NCBI GenBank assembly: GCA_028716165.1
Contig: JAQUQI010000005.1
Coordinates: forward strand, 24,996 to 88,995
Reading direction: 5' to 3'
Source: Candidatus Omnitrophota bacterium
Lineage (GTDB): Bacteria; Omnitrophota; Gorgyraeia; JABMRG01
Length of the DNA: 64,000 bases
Shown: piece by piece, positions 52,578 to 61,689 of the stretch
Position numbering within the stretch: position 1 is the stretch's first letter
How the letters are laid out: the number at the start of each line of letters is the position of its first letter
Position numbers and translations under genes: made by a program
The notes under the pieces: model-generated
What the model was told of the DNA's origin: nothing
Database searches by the model: none
Seen by the model: only the letters and a program-made list of their open reading frames with translations

Positions 52578-54146
52578 ATGATTAGAAATATTTTATTTTT
52601 ATTGTTAAGTTTCTGCGTAATCCATAGCGGTATTGCGATTGCCCAATCCGTAGGCAATATTAATGAGATGGTGTCTGAAAATCACGGTATTATACGTGAA
52701 AGTTTTTTTTCCGGAACAAACAGCGGTATAGTTGTGCACATACAGGATCTGCATTGTAATTATGACGCGCAGTTGTCCATTTATAATATACTAAACGAAC
52801 TTATGGGTAAATATCGTATAGGCCTTGTTGCCATAGAGGGCTGTGTGGGCAGGCTTGAAACATCGCCCTATGCCAAACAACCAAACGACAGCATCAAAGA
52901 ATCCACCGCCAAATATATGCTGAAGGCAGGACGCATTGACGGGGCGGGATATGCCCATATGATGCGGCATGGTGATTTTTTATTTTTGGGAGCTGATGAC
53001 GAGGCACTACATCAGGATAATGTTGATGCCTACGTAAAATCGCTGGAGGCCGAAGCGGATAATGTCAGGTTTTATGATAATATAAAAAGTATATTAGATT
53101 CTATTAAAGCTAAAGCGTACACAAGCGCCCTTAAAGAGTTTGATGAAAAAATATCCGCGTATAAAGATGAAACGCTTGATTTTTCACAATACGTGCTTTA
53201 CCTTGACGGATTGTACCGTGAAAGAGGTTATGACCCGGATGCTTACCCTGTTTTTATGAAATTAGTTTTAGTTGTTGAAAAAGAGTCTGGGATTGATTTT
53301 TTGAAAGTAGATGACGAACGGGCGCAATGTATTGAAAAATTAAGCCAAACGCTTGAACCCAGGCCCCTGTCGGAGCTTCTTGATAAAAGCCTTCATTTTA
53401 AGACCGGGGCTTTAAGCCCAAGGCTTTTTTATAATTATCTCTCTGATATGGCCGCCGGTCAAAAATCGGTTGACCTTAAAAATGATTATCCCCAGCTCGC
53501 CCTTTATATTGATTATATAAATCTTTATTCGGACATAGATAATACCGCTCTTTTTAAAGAGATTGCGGCTTTAGAAAACGCCGTTAAAGAGTCGCTTTTT
53601 ACGGATGACGCCCAGCGAAAGATAGACAGGATGTATCACAATCTGCTTATCTTAAGGGACATGTTCAGCCTTAAGGTTACGGTAAATGACATTCAGTATT
53701 ACAGAGCAAACAGGAAAGAATTTGTTCCGGCATATATAATAAATTTTATAACTGATATTGCAAAACGGTACAGCGTGTTATATGAGCTTGATCCTGCTTT
53801 TAGGGATATAGCCGCCAGGCTTCCTGACATGGAGAGGTTTTATAATATCGCGGAAGAGAGGGATGCCGTGCTTGTTAAGAACACTGTTGATGCCATGAAA
53901 AATAATAATGCCGATATTGCCGTCCTTATTTCGGGAGGTTTTCATACCGACGGCATAACGAAGCTTTTAAAGGAACGCGGTATATCATATATAGTTGTTA
54001 CCCCCAATATAGAATCACTCGGCCCCCCCGGCCTTTACAGGTCAATATTATTAGGCGCGAAAAGCGGGCTTGAAGAATTCATTCAGCGCGCGGAAGAATA
54101 CGCGCGGCATTACAAAGAAAATATACAAAAAAGGAGCTTATCATGA
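52578..54146 (+). CDS. Hypothetical secreted protein
   Basis: Driven by a near-consensus promoter at 52487-52515. Signal peptide. No recognisable motifs. Confidence 0.45.
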   Translation: MIRNILFLLLSFCVIHSGIAIAQSVGNINEMVSENHGIIRESFFSGTNSGIVVHIQDLHCNYDAQLSIYNILNELMGKYRIGLVAIEGCVGRLETSPYAKQPNDSIKESTAKYMLKAGRIDGAGYAHMMRHGDFLFLGADDEALHQDNVDAYVKSLEAEADNVRFYDNIKSILDSIKAKAYTSALKEFDEKISAYKDETLDFSQYVLYLDGLYRERGYDPDAYPVFMKLVLVVEKESGIDFLKVDDERAQCIEKLSQTLEPRPLSELLDKSLHFKTGALSPRLFYNYLSDMAAGQKSVDLKNDYPQLALYIDYINLYSDIDNTALFKEIAALENAVKESLFTDDAQRKIDRMYHNLLILRDMFSLKVTVNDIQYYRANRKEFVPAYIINFITDIAKRYSVLYELDPAFRDIAARLPDMERFYNIAEERDAVLVKNTVDAMKNNNADIAVLISGGFHTDGITKLLKERGISYIVVTPNIESLGPPGLYRSILLGAKSGLEEFIQRAEEYARHYKENIQKRSLS

Positions 54147-55450
54147 AAAATAAGAAATTAGCTTTTTGCCTGAAATCTTTTTTGATATCAACGATAGCTA
54201 TATGTGCCGGATTTATTGCGTATAATAATACGATTAAGGATGCAACCGGTACCGACGCGGAAAAGAACCTTGGCCCGATGAGGGCACTGTATCACGCTGG
54301 CAAGTCTCTGCAGGATTTCCAGGATTCTTTAAAAAATATAGACGGGGTAAAGCGGGTTTTAGAAAATATCCAAAGCTCAAAAGAGATGCCCGAAGGCGCT
54401 GTGCGTATAGAAAATGTAGGCGATGATACTATATATCTTATCACTGTGCCTATTGAAGGCGGTAAGTTTGTTATGTTTGCCGTGTCTTTGAATGACCAGT
54501 CAGAAGAGGTAAAGGCTGTATTTCACGTAGACGAGGAATTGTCCAAACAGTTTAATATGTTTGTGGGTATTCCGGAGCAGGCTATTACTGAAGCGAGTAT
54601 AATCGCTGAAGAAGAGCAGCAGGCCAAAGGCAAAGGCCAGACTCCCACCAAGTCTTCTTCCGCGGGTATTGTTGAACAAGCAAATGAAATCCGTGGAAAT
54701 ATATTGGCCGTGGATCAAAACCTATTTAACAAGTTATCAACAAACGCGAACATCATGACAGCAGATACGCTTAAAGAATATATGAAAGATATTGGTGCTT
54801 TACAAAAATTATTAGAAGATACTGCCGCTAAATCGCCCGAAGCAATGGCTGAACTTCATAAAGACATTGAGAAGCTTGATGTGTCGCTTGAGACCATGAA
54901 CAGAATTTATGAAACATCATTAAGGGCGCAGGAAACGGGCATCAGGGACACTAAAGGCACTATAGTTATTAATGAGAATGAGATACCCGAGAACCAGAGG
55001 GCCATATTGACAGCCATGCTTGACAAGGCAAGCCCTTATCTCCAGGCGCTGGAAAGCAAGCTTGGCTGTGTTATCCGGCTGTTATCACAGTATTCTCCCC
55101 AGACTGACCGTAACGCTGATATGATAGCGATATCCAGCCAGCCGATTGAAGGTATAACAAAAAATATTGACATACAATCAGTGGCTTCCGACGGATATAT
55201 GCCTTTGGAACAGATAATAATCCTGGCAAAGGGCCTTTTGGCCTATAATCCGGAGACAGCGGTATCATTAAGTTCTGTGATAGGCCAGATGTATAATTAT
55301 ATTACAAAGTCAACTTTACCTCAGAGCGTTCTGGATGTCTTTTTGCAGACATCAAGGTTTGTGCTGGACTTACCGGCCCTTGTCGCTATAGATCCTTCGT
55401 ATTATGAGCATTTGCACAAGCAGGCTTTGTCGGCATTGATATCGGCTTAA
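54143..55450 (+). CDS. Hypothetical membrane-anchored protein, translationally coupled to the ORF at 52578
   Basis: ATGA overlap with the upstream stop. N-terminal TM helix. Helical/coiled-coil composition. Confidence 0.45.
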   Translation: MKNKKLAFCLKSFLISTIAICAGFIAYNNTIKDATGTDAEKNLGPMRALYHAGKSLQDFQDSLKNIDGVKRVLENIQSSKEMPEGAVRIENVGDDTIYLITVPIEGGKFVMFAVSLNDQSEEVKAVFHVDEELSKQFNMFVGIPEQAITEASIIAEEEQQAKGKGQTPTKSSSAGIVEQANEIRGNILAVDQNLFNKLSTNANIMTADTLKEYMKDIGALQKLLEDTAAKSPEAMAELHKDIEKLDVSLETMNRIYETSLRAQETGIRDTKGTIVINENEIPENQRAILTAMLDKASPYLQALESKLGCVIRLLSQYSPQTDRNADMIAISSQPIEGITKNIDIQSVASDGYMPLEQIIILAKGLLAYNPETAVSLSSVIGQMYNYITKSTLPQSVLDVFLQTSRFVLDLPALVAIDPSYYEHLHKQALSALISA

Positions 55451-55575
55451 TAATTTGTCTTGAATATGAGGGCAGCGGGCTTCTTAACAGGGCCTGCTGC
55501 CGTCTGTAATTATACCGGTTTTTATTTTCCTCGTTTTATTGACTTAAGCATTTTTCGTTTATTAAGATTAATATT

Positions 55576-56199
55576 ATGAATTCTCCCTTCCGGCGCAGAG
55601 TGGCGCTTACCTTTGATGATGGCCCCAACAGCGAATACAGCCTGCAAATTCTTGATATACTCAAGTCGCATAACAGCATAAAGGCCGCGTTTTTCTTCCC
55701 GGGCAAAAACGTTGAACGCGAACCGGATACTGCGTTAAGGGTCAAGCAAGAAGGCCATGATATAGGTAATCACTCTTATAGCCACCCGCATCTTAACAGG
55801 TTATCGCCTGCAGATTGCGCGTTTGAGGTTGAACGGACAGAAAAGGTTTTTAAGGACTTGCTCGGTATCAAACCGCGTTTTTTTCGCCCGCCTTACGGTG
55901 AATATAACTTAGCGATAGAACGTTTTATCACGGCAAAGGGTTATAAGCTGGTTCTCTGGGACATGAAATGTTATTCTATGGACTGGATGGGGTATTCTGC
56001 GCGCAGGATCGCGGATGTTTCCACGCAAAAGGCGCGTGATGGCTCTATAATACTTCTGCATGACGGAAGAAATATTCAGTATAGGCCCTGCCGCCGCAAT
56101 ACCGTAAAGGCCCTTGGTATGATAATTGAGATATTAGAAGAGAAGGGGTTTGAAATAGTGCCGCTTAACAGCATATGCGAAGACTGGAAAGAACTATAG
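55576..56199 (+). CDS. Polysaccharide deacetylase (CE4 / NodB homology domain)
   Basis: VALTFDDGPN, HSYSHPHL and RPPYG motifs. Confidence 0.8.
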   Translation: MNSPFRRRVALTFDDGPNSEYSLQILDILKSHNSIKAAFFFPGKNVEREPDTALRVKQEGHDIGNHSYSHPHLNRLSPADCAFEVERTEKVFKDLLGIKPRFFRPPYGEYNLAIERFITAKGYKLVLWDMKCYSMDWMGYSARRIADVSTQKARDGSIILLHDGRNIQYRPCRRNTVKALGMIIEILEEKGFEIVPLNSICEDWKEL

Positions 56200-56531
56200 C
56201 CCTCTTTATTGCCTGTGGTATTATTGTGTCAGCAGGCATGTCGTATTACTCCAAGGCAAATATTCCCGCCTGCCGTGGCGCGCTTATTAAGACAGACGGT
56301 ATTAGCAGTGCTAAATCGGAAATATCTCAAAAAGGCATAATAAACCTCAATACCGCGGACAGGCACGCGCTTGTTAAATTACCCGGCATAGGCTATAAAC
56401 TTGCCGAAAGGATCATTGAATACAGATTATCGCACGGGCCCTTCTCTGTTGTGGAAGATATATTAAAGGTAAAAGGGGTTGGCAGGAAAAAATATGAAGC
56501 CATGGCCAAACAAATTACTGTCCGCGATTGA
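56175..56531 (+). CDS. comEA: ComEA-type competence protein (helix-hairpin-helix DNA binding)
   Basis: N-terminal membrane anchor and a C-terminal HhH: LNTADRHALVKLPGIGYKLAERIIEYR...VKGVGRKK. Confidence 0.7.
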   Translation: MRRLERTIALFIACGIIVSAGMSYYSKANIPACRGALIKTDGISSAKSEISQKGIINLNTADRHALVKLPGIGYKLAERIIEYRLSHGPFSVVEDILKVKGVGRKKYEAMAKQITVRD

Positions 56532-56573
56532 TCTATCCGCCGCTTACATTGCCGGCGGTATGCTGGTAAAATA

Positions 56574-58190
56574 TTGTTTTGCAAGCTACCCATGGCAAAA
56601 TACGCTATGCAGTCAAAATGGGTTATAGTAAATATCCTGCGCAGGCCCACGGCAGGCTGTTTTGTTTTTTTGGTATTCGGTATTATTTTTTCTCATTATG
56701 TAAATTTGGATTTTTTCATCGTTCTGTCCGCTGCCGTTATATTAGCCTTTCTTGCGGGAATTTCAGCCATAAAGTTCGCGCGATTTTTCCCTGCTTTGTT
56801 TTTTGCCCTTATATTCGCGTCGGGTGTTTTGCTGCACTCTAATTTTCATATTTTATCAAAAGATAATATCCGCAATGTTGAAAAAAGTGAAGGGGTTGAT
56901 TGCTATTTAAACGGTATCGTGGAATCGCTTCCTTCATACGCGTGGCAGAAATGGGGCCAAAGGCGTTGCAGTTTTTTATTCAGTATATTGCATTATGATA
57001 ATGGCAATACTTACAAAAAAGCACGCGGCCTTGCCTGGGTTACGATCCGTGACAATGATACGGAATACGATTCGGGTGATAATTTGATCATACGAGGCAC
57101 AATAAAAAGAACGGACGATTCTATGGCGGATAATGGCAGGGGAAGTTATCTGAAATACCTTTACCTTCAAGGTGTTCACTGCTGTTTGGATGTCAGAGAT
57201 GACGACGATATCGCCCACTCCGGCAGGCCGCGCGGTTTCTTTCCGGCAAAATGCGCTCATAAGTTAAGGCGGGGGATGGAAAAGCGCATAAAAAGATACC
57301 TGCCCTATCCGGATTCAGCCCTGCTTAACGCCATGCTTCTGGGAAGGCGCGAATTCATGCCCCCGCATATATCAGATCTTTTTATCAGAACGGGTACAAT
57401 GCATATTTTGTCGGTAAGCGGGCTCCACGTCGGACTCTTATCGTCGGTATTCTTTTTTTGTCTTAAGTTATTCCGCCTGCCTAAAAAATACATTATCACC
57501 ATCGTTATATTTTTTTTGTGGATATACGCCTTTATCGCGGGTTCCCGGTCGCCGGTGGTCAGGGCGTCCGTTATGATTTCCGTTTACCTATTATCCGTAG
57601 TCCTTGAAAGGGATTTTGATATTTTTTCAGCCCTTTTTTTCGCGGGATTGCTAATATTGCTTATTAATCCTATGCAGTTATTTAACGCGGGTTTTCAGCT
57701 TTCTTTTGCCTGCGTATTTTTTATTGTGTATCTTTGCCCAAAAATTGAATCCGCTTTTTTACCAAGCTGTTTTAGACCGGGCAAATCCATTAGACAAAAA
57801 AATACGGGAAAGTTTATGCCATATCTGTTTAAAACTTTCTTTTCATCACTTGCTGTTTTTGCGGGCGTCTGGCCGTTGGTTGCTTATCACTTTGGAATAA
57901 TATCTCCCGTTACGATAATTGCCAATTTATTCGTGGTCCCGCTTCTGGCGGTCTTATTAACAGCGGGCATAATACTTGTCTGTATCCCGGGATTATTTTG
58001 GCCATTGGCTTATGCCTTTTCCTGCCTCAACCACGCGTTATTTTATCTGCTCCTGCGCATCGTAAAGCTTTTTGCCGGCCTGCCATACGCTTTTTTCAAC
58101 ACTGAATATATACCATTGTGGCTTATAGGGGTTTATTATATTATACTTCTTATTGTGGCAGAGGCTTTGCCCGACCGCAAGATGATGTAG
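56574..58190 (+). CDS. comEC: ComEC/Rec2-family DNA-uptake channel protein (competence domain only, no metallo-beta-lactamase domain)
   Basis: Polytopic. Competence-domain motif DSALLNAMLLGRREFMPPHISDLFIRTGTMHILSVSGLHVG. 538 aa, with no C-terminal MBL HxHxDH motif. Confidence 0.65.
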   Translation: MFCKLPMAKYAMQSKWVIVNILRRPTAGCFVFLVFGIIFSHYVNLDFFIVLSAAVILAFLAGISAIKFARFFPALFFALIFASGVLLHSNFHILSKDNIRNVEKSEGVDCYLNGIVESLPSYAWQKWGQRRCSFLFSILHYDNGNTYKKARGLAWVTIRDNDTEYDSGDNLIIRGTIKRTDDSMADNGRGSYLKYLYLQGVHCCLDVRDDDDIAHSGRPRGFFPAKCAHKLRRGMEKRIKRYLPYPDSALLNAMLLGRREFMPPHISDLFIRTGTMHILSVSGLHVGLLSSVFFFCLKLFRLPKKYIITIVIFFLWIYAFIAGSRSPVVRASVMISVYLLSVVLERDFDIFSALFFAGLLILLINPMQLFNAGFQLSFACVFFIVYLCPKIESAFLPSCFRPGKSIRQKNTGKFMPYLFKTFFSSLAVFAGVWPLVAYHFGIISPVTIIANLFVVPLLAVLLTAGIILVCIPGLFWPLAYAFSCLNHALFYLLLRIVKLFAGLPYAFFNTEYIPLWLIGVYYIILLIVAEALPDRKMM

Positions 58191-58241
58191 CTTATAGAAA
58201 TATTACTTTTGATTTATTTTTAAAAAAGTTTTAAATGGAGC

Positions 58242-58271
58242 TTGACAACATTATATATATAATGTTATAAT
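58242..58271 (+). promoter_or_regulatory. Sigma70-type promoter for the PilZ gene, containing a perfect 20-bp palindrome in its spacer
   Basis: TTGACA (58242-47), an 18-nt spacer, TATAAT (58266-71). The palindrome AACATTATATATATAATGTT spans 58247-58266. Confidence 0.5.
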
Positions 58272-58307
58272 CACGTATAAATAGTTCAACATTGTCGGGG
58301 GAAAATA

Positions 58308-58676
58308 ATGCAGCCTTATGTTAAGGAAAAGAGGTCATATCCTCGGATAGAGGCCAGGCTTCCGTTTCAGTTTAAAGATATACAGAGACCTATAGAAACC
58401 TATACAGGTTCTCTTACAAAAGACGTAAGCACCGGAGGGGTTCGTTTTATCTCAAACGAATTCCTTTCAATTTTTACAAGGCTTATTCTGGAGGTTTCTG
58501 TTCCGACTTTTTCCAAACCTATAAAAGCGATCTCAAAAGTTGCCTGGATACAAAAGGCCCCGCGGAGTTCCTCTTATAATGTGGGCTTGCAGTTCGTGGA
58601 TATGACAGAAGAAGACAAAAAACATCTGTCAAATTTTCTGGCAAAGTCTCCCGCCCCTGCTTCGGTTATACCTTAA
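58308..58676 (+). CDS. Stand-alone PilZ-domain (c-di-GMP-binding) protein
   Basis: RSYPRIEAR (RxxxR) and DVSTGGVRF (DxSxGG). 122 aa. Confidence 0.6.
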   Translation: MQPYVKEKRSYPRIEARLPFQFKDIQRPIETYTGSLTKDVSTGGVRFISNEFLSIFTRLILEVSVPTFSKPIKAISKVAWIQKAPRSSSYNVGLQFVDMTEEDKKHLSNFLAKSPAPASVIP

Positions 58677-58737
58677 AAATTCTCTTTTTATTGCCTCTGT
58701 TGCGTTTATTTTGCCCCATGTTCCGCTTAATCGCCTA

Positions 58738-58766
58738 TTGACAAAAACAGCGCGCAATGATATATT
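58738..58766 (+). promoter_or_regulatory. Near-consensus sigma70-type promoter for the BamD-like gene
   Basis: TTGACA, the 17-nt spacer aaaacagcgcgcaatga, then TATATT. Confidence 0.5.
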
Positions 58767-58794
58767 AAACTGATATACAACAAGTTTTTATCCT

Positions 58795-59769
58795 ATGAGA
58801 ATCTATTTAAGACTAATATATATTATTATATTTATCCATTTGGCGCATGCCGGCACAGGTTATTGCTACTGGGTCTGGACGCCTGAAACAAGGAAATGGA
58901 TAAACCCCAAATATGCCCCCAAAGACACCCCCAAAGAACAGCTACTTTATGCTATGGATTTTTTTGAGGCTAAGGATTACAAGAAAGCGCTTTCGGAATT
59001 TGGAAAGATAATAAGGCACTACAGGCGCTCTGAAGCGGCGTCAGAGGCCCAGTATTATATGGGACTCTGCTATGAGAATATGGATTATCCTTATCAGGCA
59101 TTTGAGTCGTTTCAAAAAGTTATTGATGATTATCCGTTTACCCAGAGAACCGAAGATATCGTGAACCGGCAGTTTGATATAGGCAACAGGCTTTATGAGG
59201 GGGAAAAAACAAAATTCTTTGGGCTCAAATTTAAGGCATTGCCCGAACAAATAATAGATGTGTATAAAAAAGTAGTCTCCAACGCGCCATACAGTCCAAA
59301 CGCCCCCGTTGCCCAGTTTCGCGTAGGAGAGCTTTATAAGAAGATTAGTTTCTATCAGGAGGCTAGAGAGGCTTTCCAGAAAATAGTTGATGATTACCCG
59401 GACAGCGATGTCGCGCAAGAGGCTAAATTTCAGCTTGCTCTGACAGCCTCTGTTGCTTCGTCAGGAAGCAGTTATGACCAGTCTCTGGCCGAGCAGGCCC
59501 TGGATGAGTTTGAGGAGTTCAAGAGGTCTCATCCCGACAGCGAATTGGTTAAAACAGCCGAAAAAGAGAAACGGGAGATAATTGAAAAACAGGCCGCTCA
59601 TTACATGGAGAATGCCAGGTTCTACGAGCGGTTAGGAAGGTATAATTCGGCGGCAGTCTATTACAAAAAGATCCTTGACGAATTCTCAAGTTCTTCATTC
59701 GCGCCAAAGGCGCTTGAGAGGTTTGAGGCTGCTCAAAAACGGGTAAAAAGTAAAGCGGCCGGGAAATAA
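58795..59769 (+). CDS. BamD/YfiO-like TPR outer-membrane assembly lipoprotein (tentative)
   Basis: N-terminal hydrophobic segment with a Cys. TPR-like helical repeats. Sits upstream of lptE in a context of envelope-biogenesis genes. Confidence 0.45.
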   Translation: MRIYLRLIYIIIFIHLAHAGTGYCYWVWTPETRKWINPKYAPKDTPKEQLLYAMDFFEAKDYKKALSEFGKIIRHYRRSEAASEAQYYMGLCYENMDYPYQAFESFQKVIDDYPFTQRTEDIVNRQFDIGNRLYEGEKTKFFGLKFKALPEQIIDVYKKVVSNAPYSPNAPVAQFRVGELYKKISFYQEAREAFQKIVDDYPDSDVAQEAKFQLALTASVASSGSSYDQSLAEQALDEFEEFKRSHPDSELVKTAEKEKREIIEKQAAHYMENARFYERLGRYNSAAVYYKKILDEFSSSSFAPKALERFEAAQKRVKSKAAGK

Positions 59770-59794
59770 CAGCCCCGCGCTGGATCTGGAAAAT

Positions 59795-60355
59795 ATGAAG
59801 AAATATATTTTTTTATTGTCATTATGCCTTTACTGCTTGCCCGCCTTAGGCGCTTTTTTTATTTCCGGCTGCGGGTATACCACAGGCTCTCTTTTGCCCC
59901 CGCACTTAAAGACAATAAGCGTTGAAAATTTTTCTAACAAGATACCCATAACCGATGAGGTATCGGATCGGCGCAGGTATAAGACCTATAGGCCTTTGCT
60001 TGAGGTTGATGTGACCAGGGCGATAATAGACAGGTTTATATTTGACGGCCATCTCCGATTGGCCCAAAAAAAAGACGCGGACCTTATAATGGAGGGCAGT
60101 CTTGTTGATTTTAGAAGAGAGCCTACCAAATACGGCTATAATGATACTATAGATCAGTACAGGATTGCCATATTTGTTGATCTTAAGCTTGTGGAAGCCC
60201 AGACGGGTAATGTCGTGTGGTCGGAGCATAATTTTGCGGGCAGTGAATATTATTTCACGTCAGGCCAGCAGGCCAAGAGCGAGGATGAGGCTGTAACAGA
60301 TGCTATTAAGGATTTGGCAAGAAGGGTAGTTGAAAGGACCATAGAGGTCTGGTAA
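59795..60355 (+). CDS. lptE: LPS-assembly lipoprotein LptE-like
   Basis: Lipobox ISGC followed by GY.., ~185 aa, immediately upstream of holA (the conserved lptE-holA arrangement). Confidence 0.55.
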   Translation: MKKYIFLLSLCLYCLPALGAFFISGCGYTTGSLLPPHLKTISVENFSNKIPITDEVSDRRRYKTYRPLLEVDVTRAIIDRFIFDGHLRLAQKKDADLIMEGSLVDFRREPTKYGYNDTIDQYRIAIFVDLKLVEAQTGNVVWSEHNFAGSEYYFTSGQQAKSEDEAVTDAIKDLARRVVERTIEVW

Positions 60356-60357
60356 AG

Positions 60358-61344
60358 ATGCGCCAAGCTGGTAATATCCCACCCAATAAACATGCCGCTG
60401 TCTATTTACTAACCGGAGCCGATGAGTTTAGAAAAAGGCTATGCCTGGATAAGCTTAAGAGAAAAATTATGGGCGAAGCTGCCGACGCCTTTAACTTTAA
60501 TCTTTATTATGCCAGGGATATATCCGCGGCTATTATCATAGATTTTTTGCAGACTTTCTCAATTACAGGTTCGCGCAGAATGGCCGTTCTTGTTGAACCG
60601 GAGGTTTTTTCTGAAGAGGACAGAGGCCATCTTATGGCGTATATAAAAAGTTGCCGGCCTGAAAACGTATTTCTTGTTATGCTGGGCGGAAAGTCTTCCG
60701 TGAAACTGCAGAATTTCTCCAGGTCACTGCCTGACTGCGTTGATAAGATTGATACGACTATTGATGATGAAGACGACATATCTGACTGGGTTATTCAAGA
60801 ATTCGGCAAAAATGGCAAGAAAATAAATCGCGCGACAGCAGCTCTTATCTCCGGTTCTGCCAGGCAAGATATGGGAAGGGCCTTGTCTTGCATTGAACAG
60901 GTAAGCGCTTATACAGGAGCCAGGCAGGATATTACGGAAGATGACGTGGCGCTTTTTTTAGATGCTCCTTGCGAGAGCTCAACATTTGCCTTGTTGGATG
61001 CTACAAACGCTAAGATGCCCGATAAGGCACTGCTTGTTTTAAACGATTTGCTGAAGACAAACCTGTCTCCAACGCAGGCAATAGGATTAATGGCGTGGCA
61101 TATCATCAGGCTTTTGAAGGTCAAAAAAATGATTTCTGCCGGGGCGTCATTGCAGGATATGATGGCAGGGCTTAAAACAGGTTCTTACAGATTAAACAAA
61201 CTTATAGCGCAGGCAAAGGGTTTTTCACTGGTAAAGCTTAAAAAGAACCTGCAAAGCCTGTCCAATACGGATATCTGGATAAAATCAAGCAATATAAACG
61301 ATAGCTATCTGTTAGAGGCGCTTGTCGTAAAACTTGCCGGTTAA
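60358..61344 (+). CDS. holA: DNA polymerase III delta subunit
   Basis: 328 aa. N-terminal YLLTGADEF...L pattern. 2-nt spacing after lptE. Confidence 0.6.
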   Translation: MRQAGNIPPNKHAAVYLLTGADEFRKRLCLDKLKRKIMGEAADAFNFNLYYARDISAAIIIDFLQTFSITGSRRMAVLVEPEVFSEEDRGHLMAYIKSCRPENVFLVMLGGKSSVKLQNFSRSLPDCVDKIDTTIDDEDDISDWVIQEFGKNGKKINRATAALISGSARQDMGRALSCIEQVSAYTGARQDITEDDVALFLDAPCESSTFALLDATNAKMPDKALLVLNDLLKTNLSPTQAIGLMAWHIIRLLKVKKMISAGASLQDMMAGLKTGSYRLNKLIAQAKGFSLVKLKKNLQSLSNTDIWIKSSNINDSYLLEALVVKLAG

Positions 61345-61640
61345 ACGGGATGATTCTTATCTTTGGCAGGCAAGCCTTTTTTAAGTTTTGATATTTTTAA
61401 TGACAGGCGTGATTTTTTACGGTCGGCATTCTGGCGCTTTATTAGATTTTTCTTGGCTGCCTTATCCAGTTTAGACATTAGGACGCTAAAAAACTTTGAC
61501 GCCTCTTCGGTCTTGCCCCCGGCTATAAAGGCGTTTAATTTTTTGGTAAGGGTTTTAAGTTCGGACAGCATCGCGGTATTGTGAGGCCTTCTTTTTTTAT
61601 CTTGTCTTATTGATTTTTTTGCCGATTTTAGATTAGCCAT
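61341..61640 (-). CDS. rpsT: 30S ribosomal protein S20
   Basis: MANLKSAKKSIRQDKKRRPHN... is classic S20. A GGAGG Shine-Dalgarno lies 5 nt upstream of the ATG (minus strand). The ORF track's 228-aa call is an N-terminal over-extension of this 99-aa protein. Confidence 0.85.
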   Translation of the reverse strand: MANLKSAKKSIRQDKKRRPHNTAMLSELKTLTKKLNAFIAGGKTEEASKFFSVLMSKLDKAAKKNLIKRQNADRKKSRLSLKISKLKKGLPAKDKNHPV

Positions 61641-61689
61641 ATTATCCTCCGATAATGTGAAATGATAATATAACATAACAGAGCAAGCC

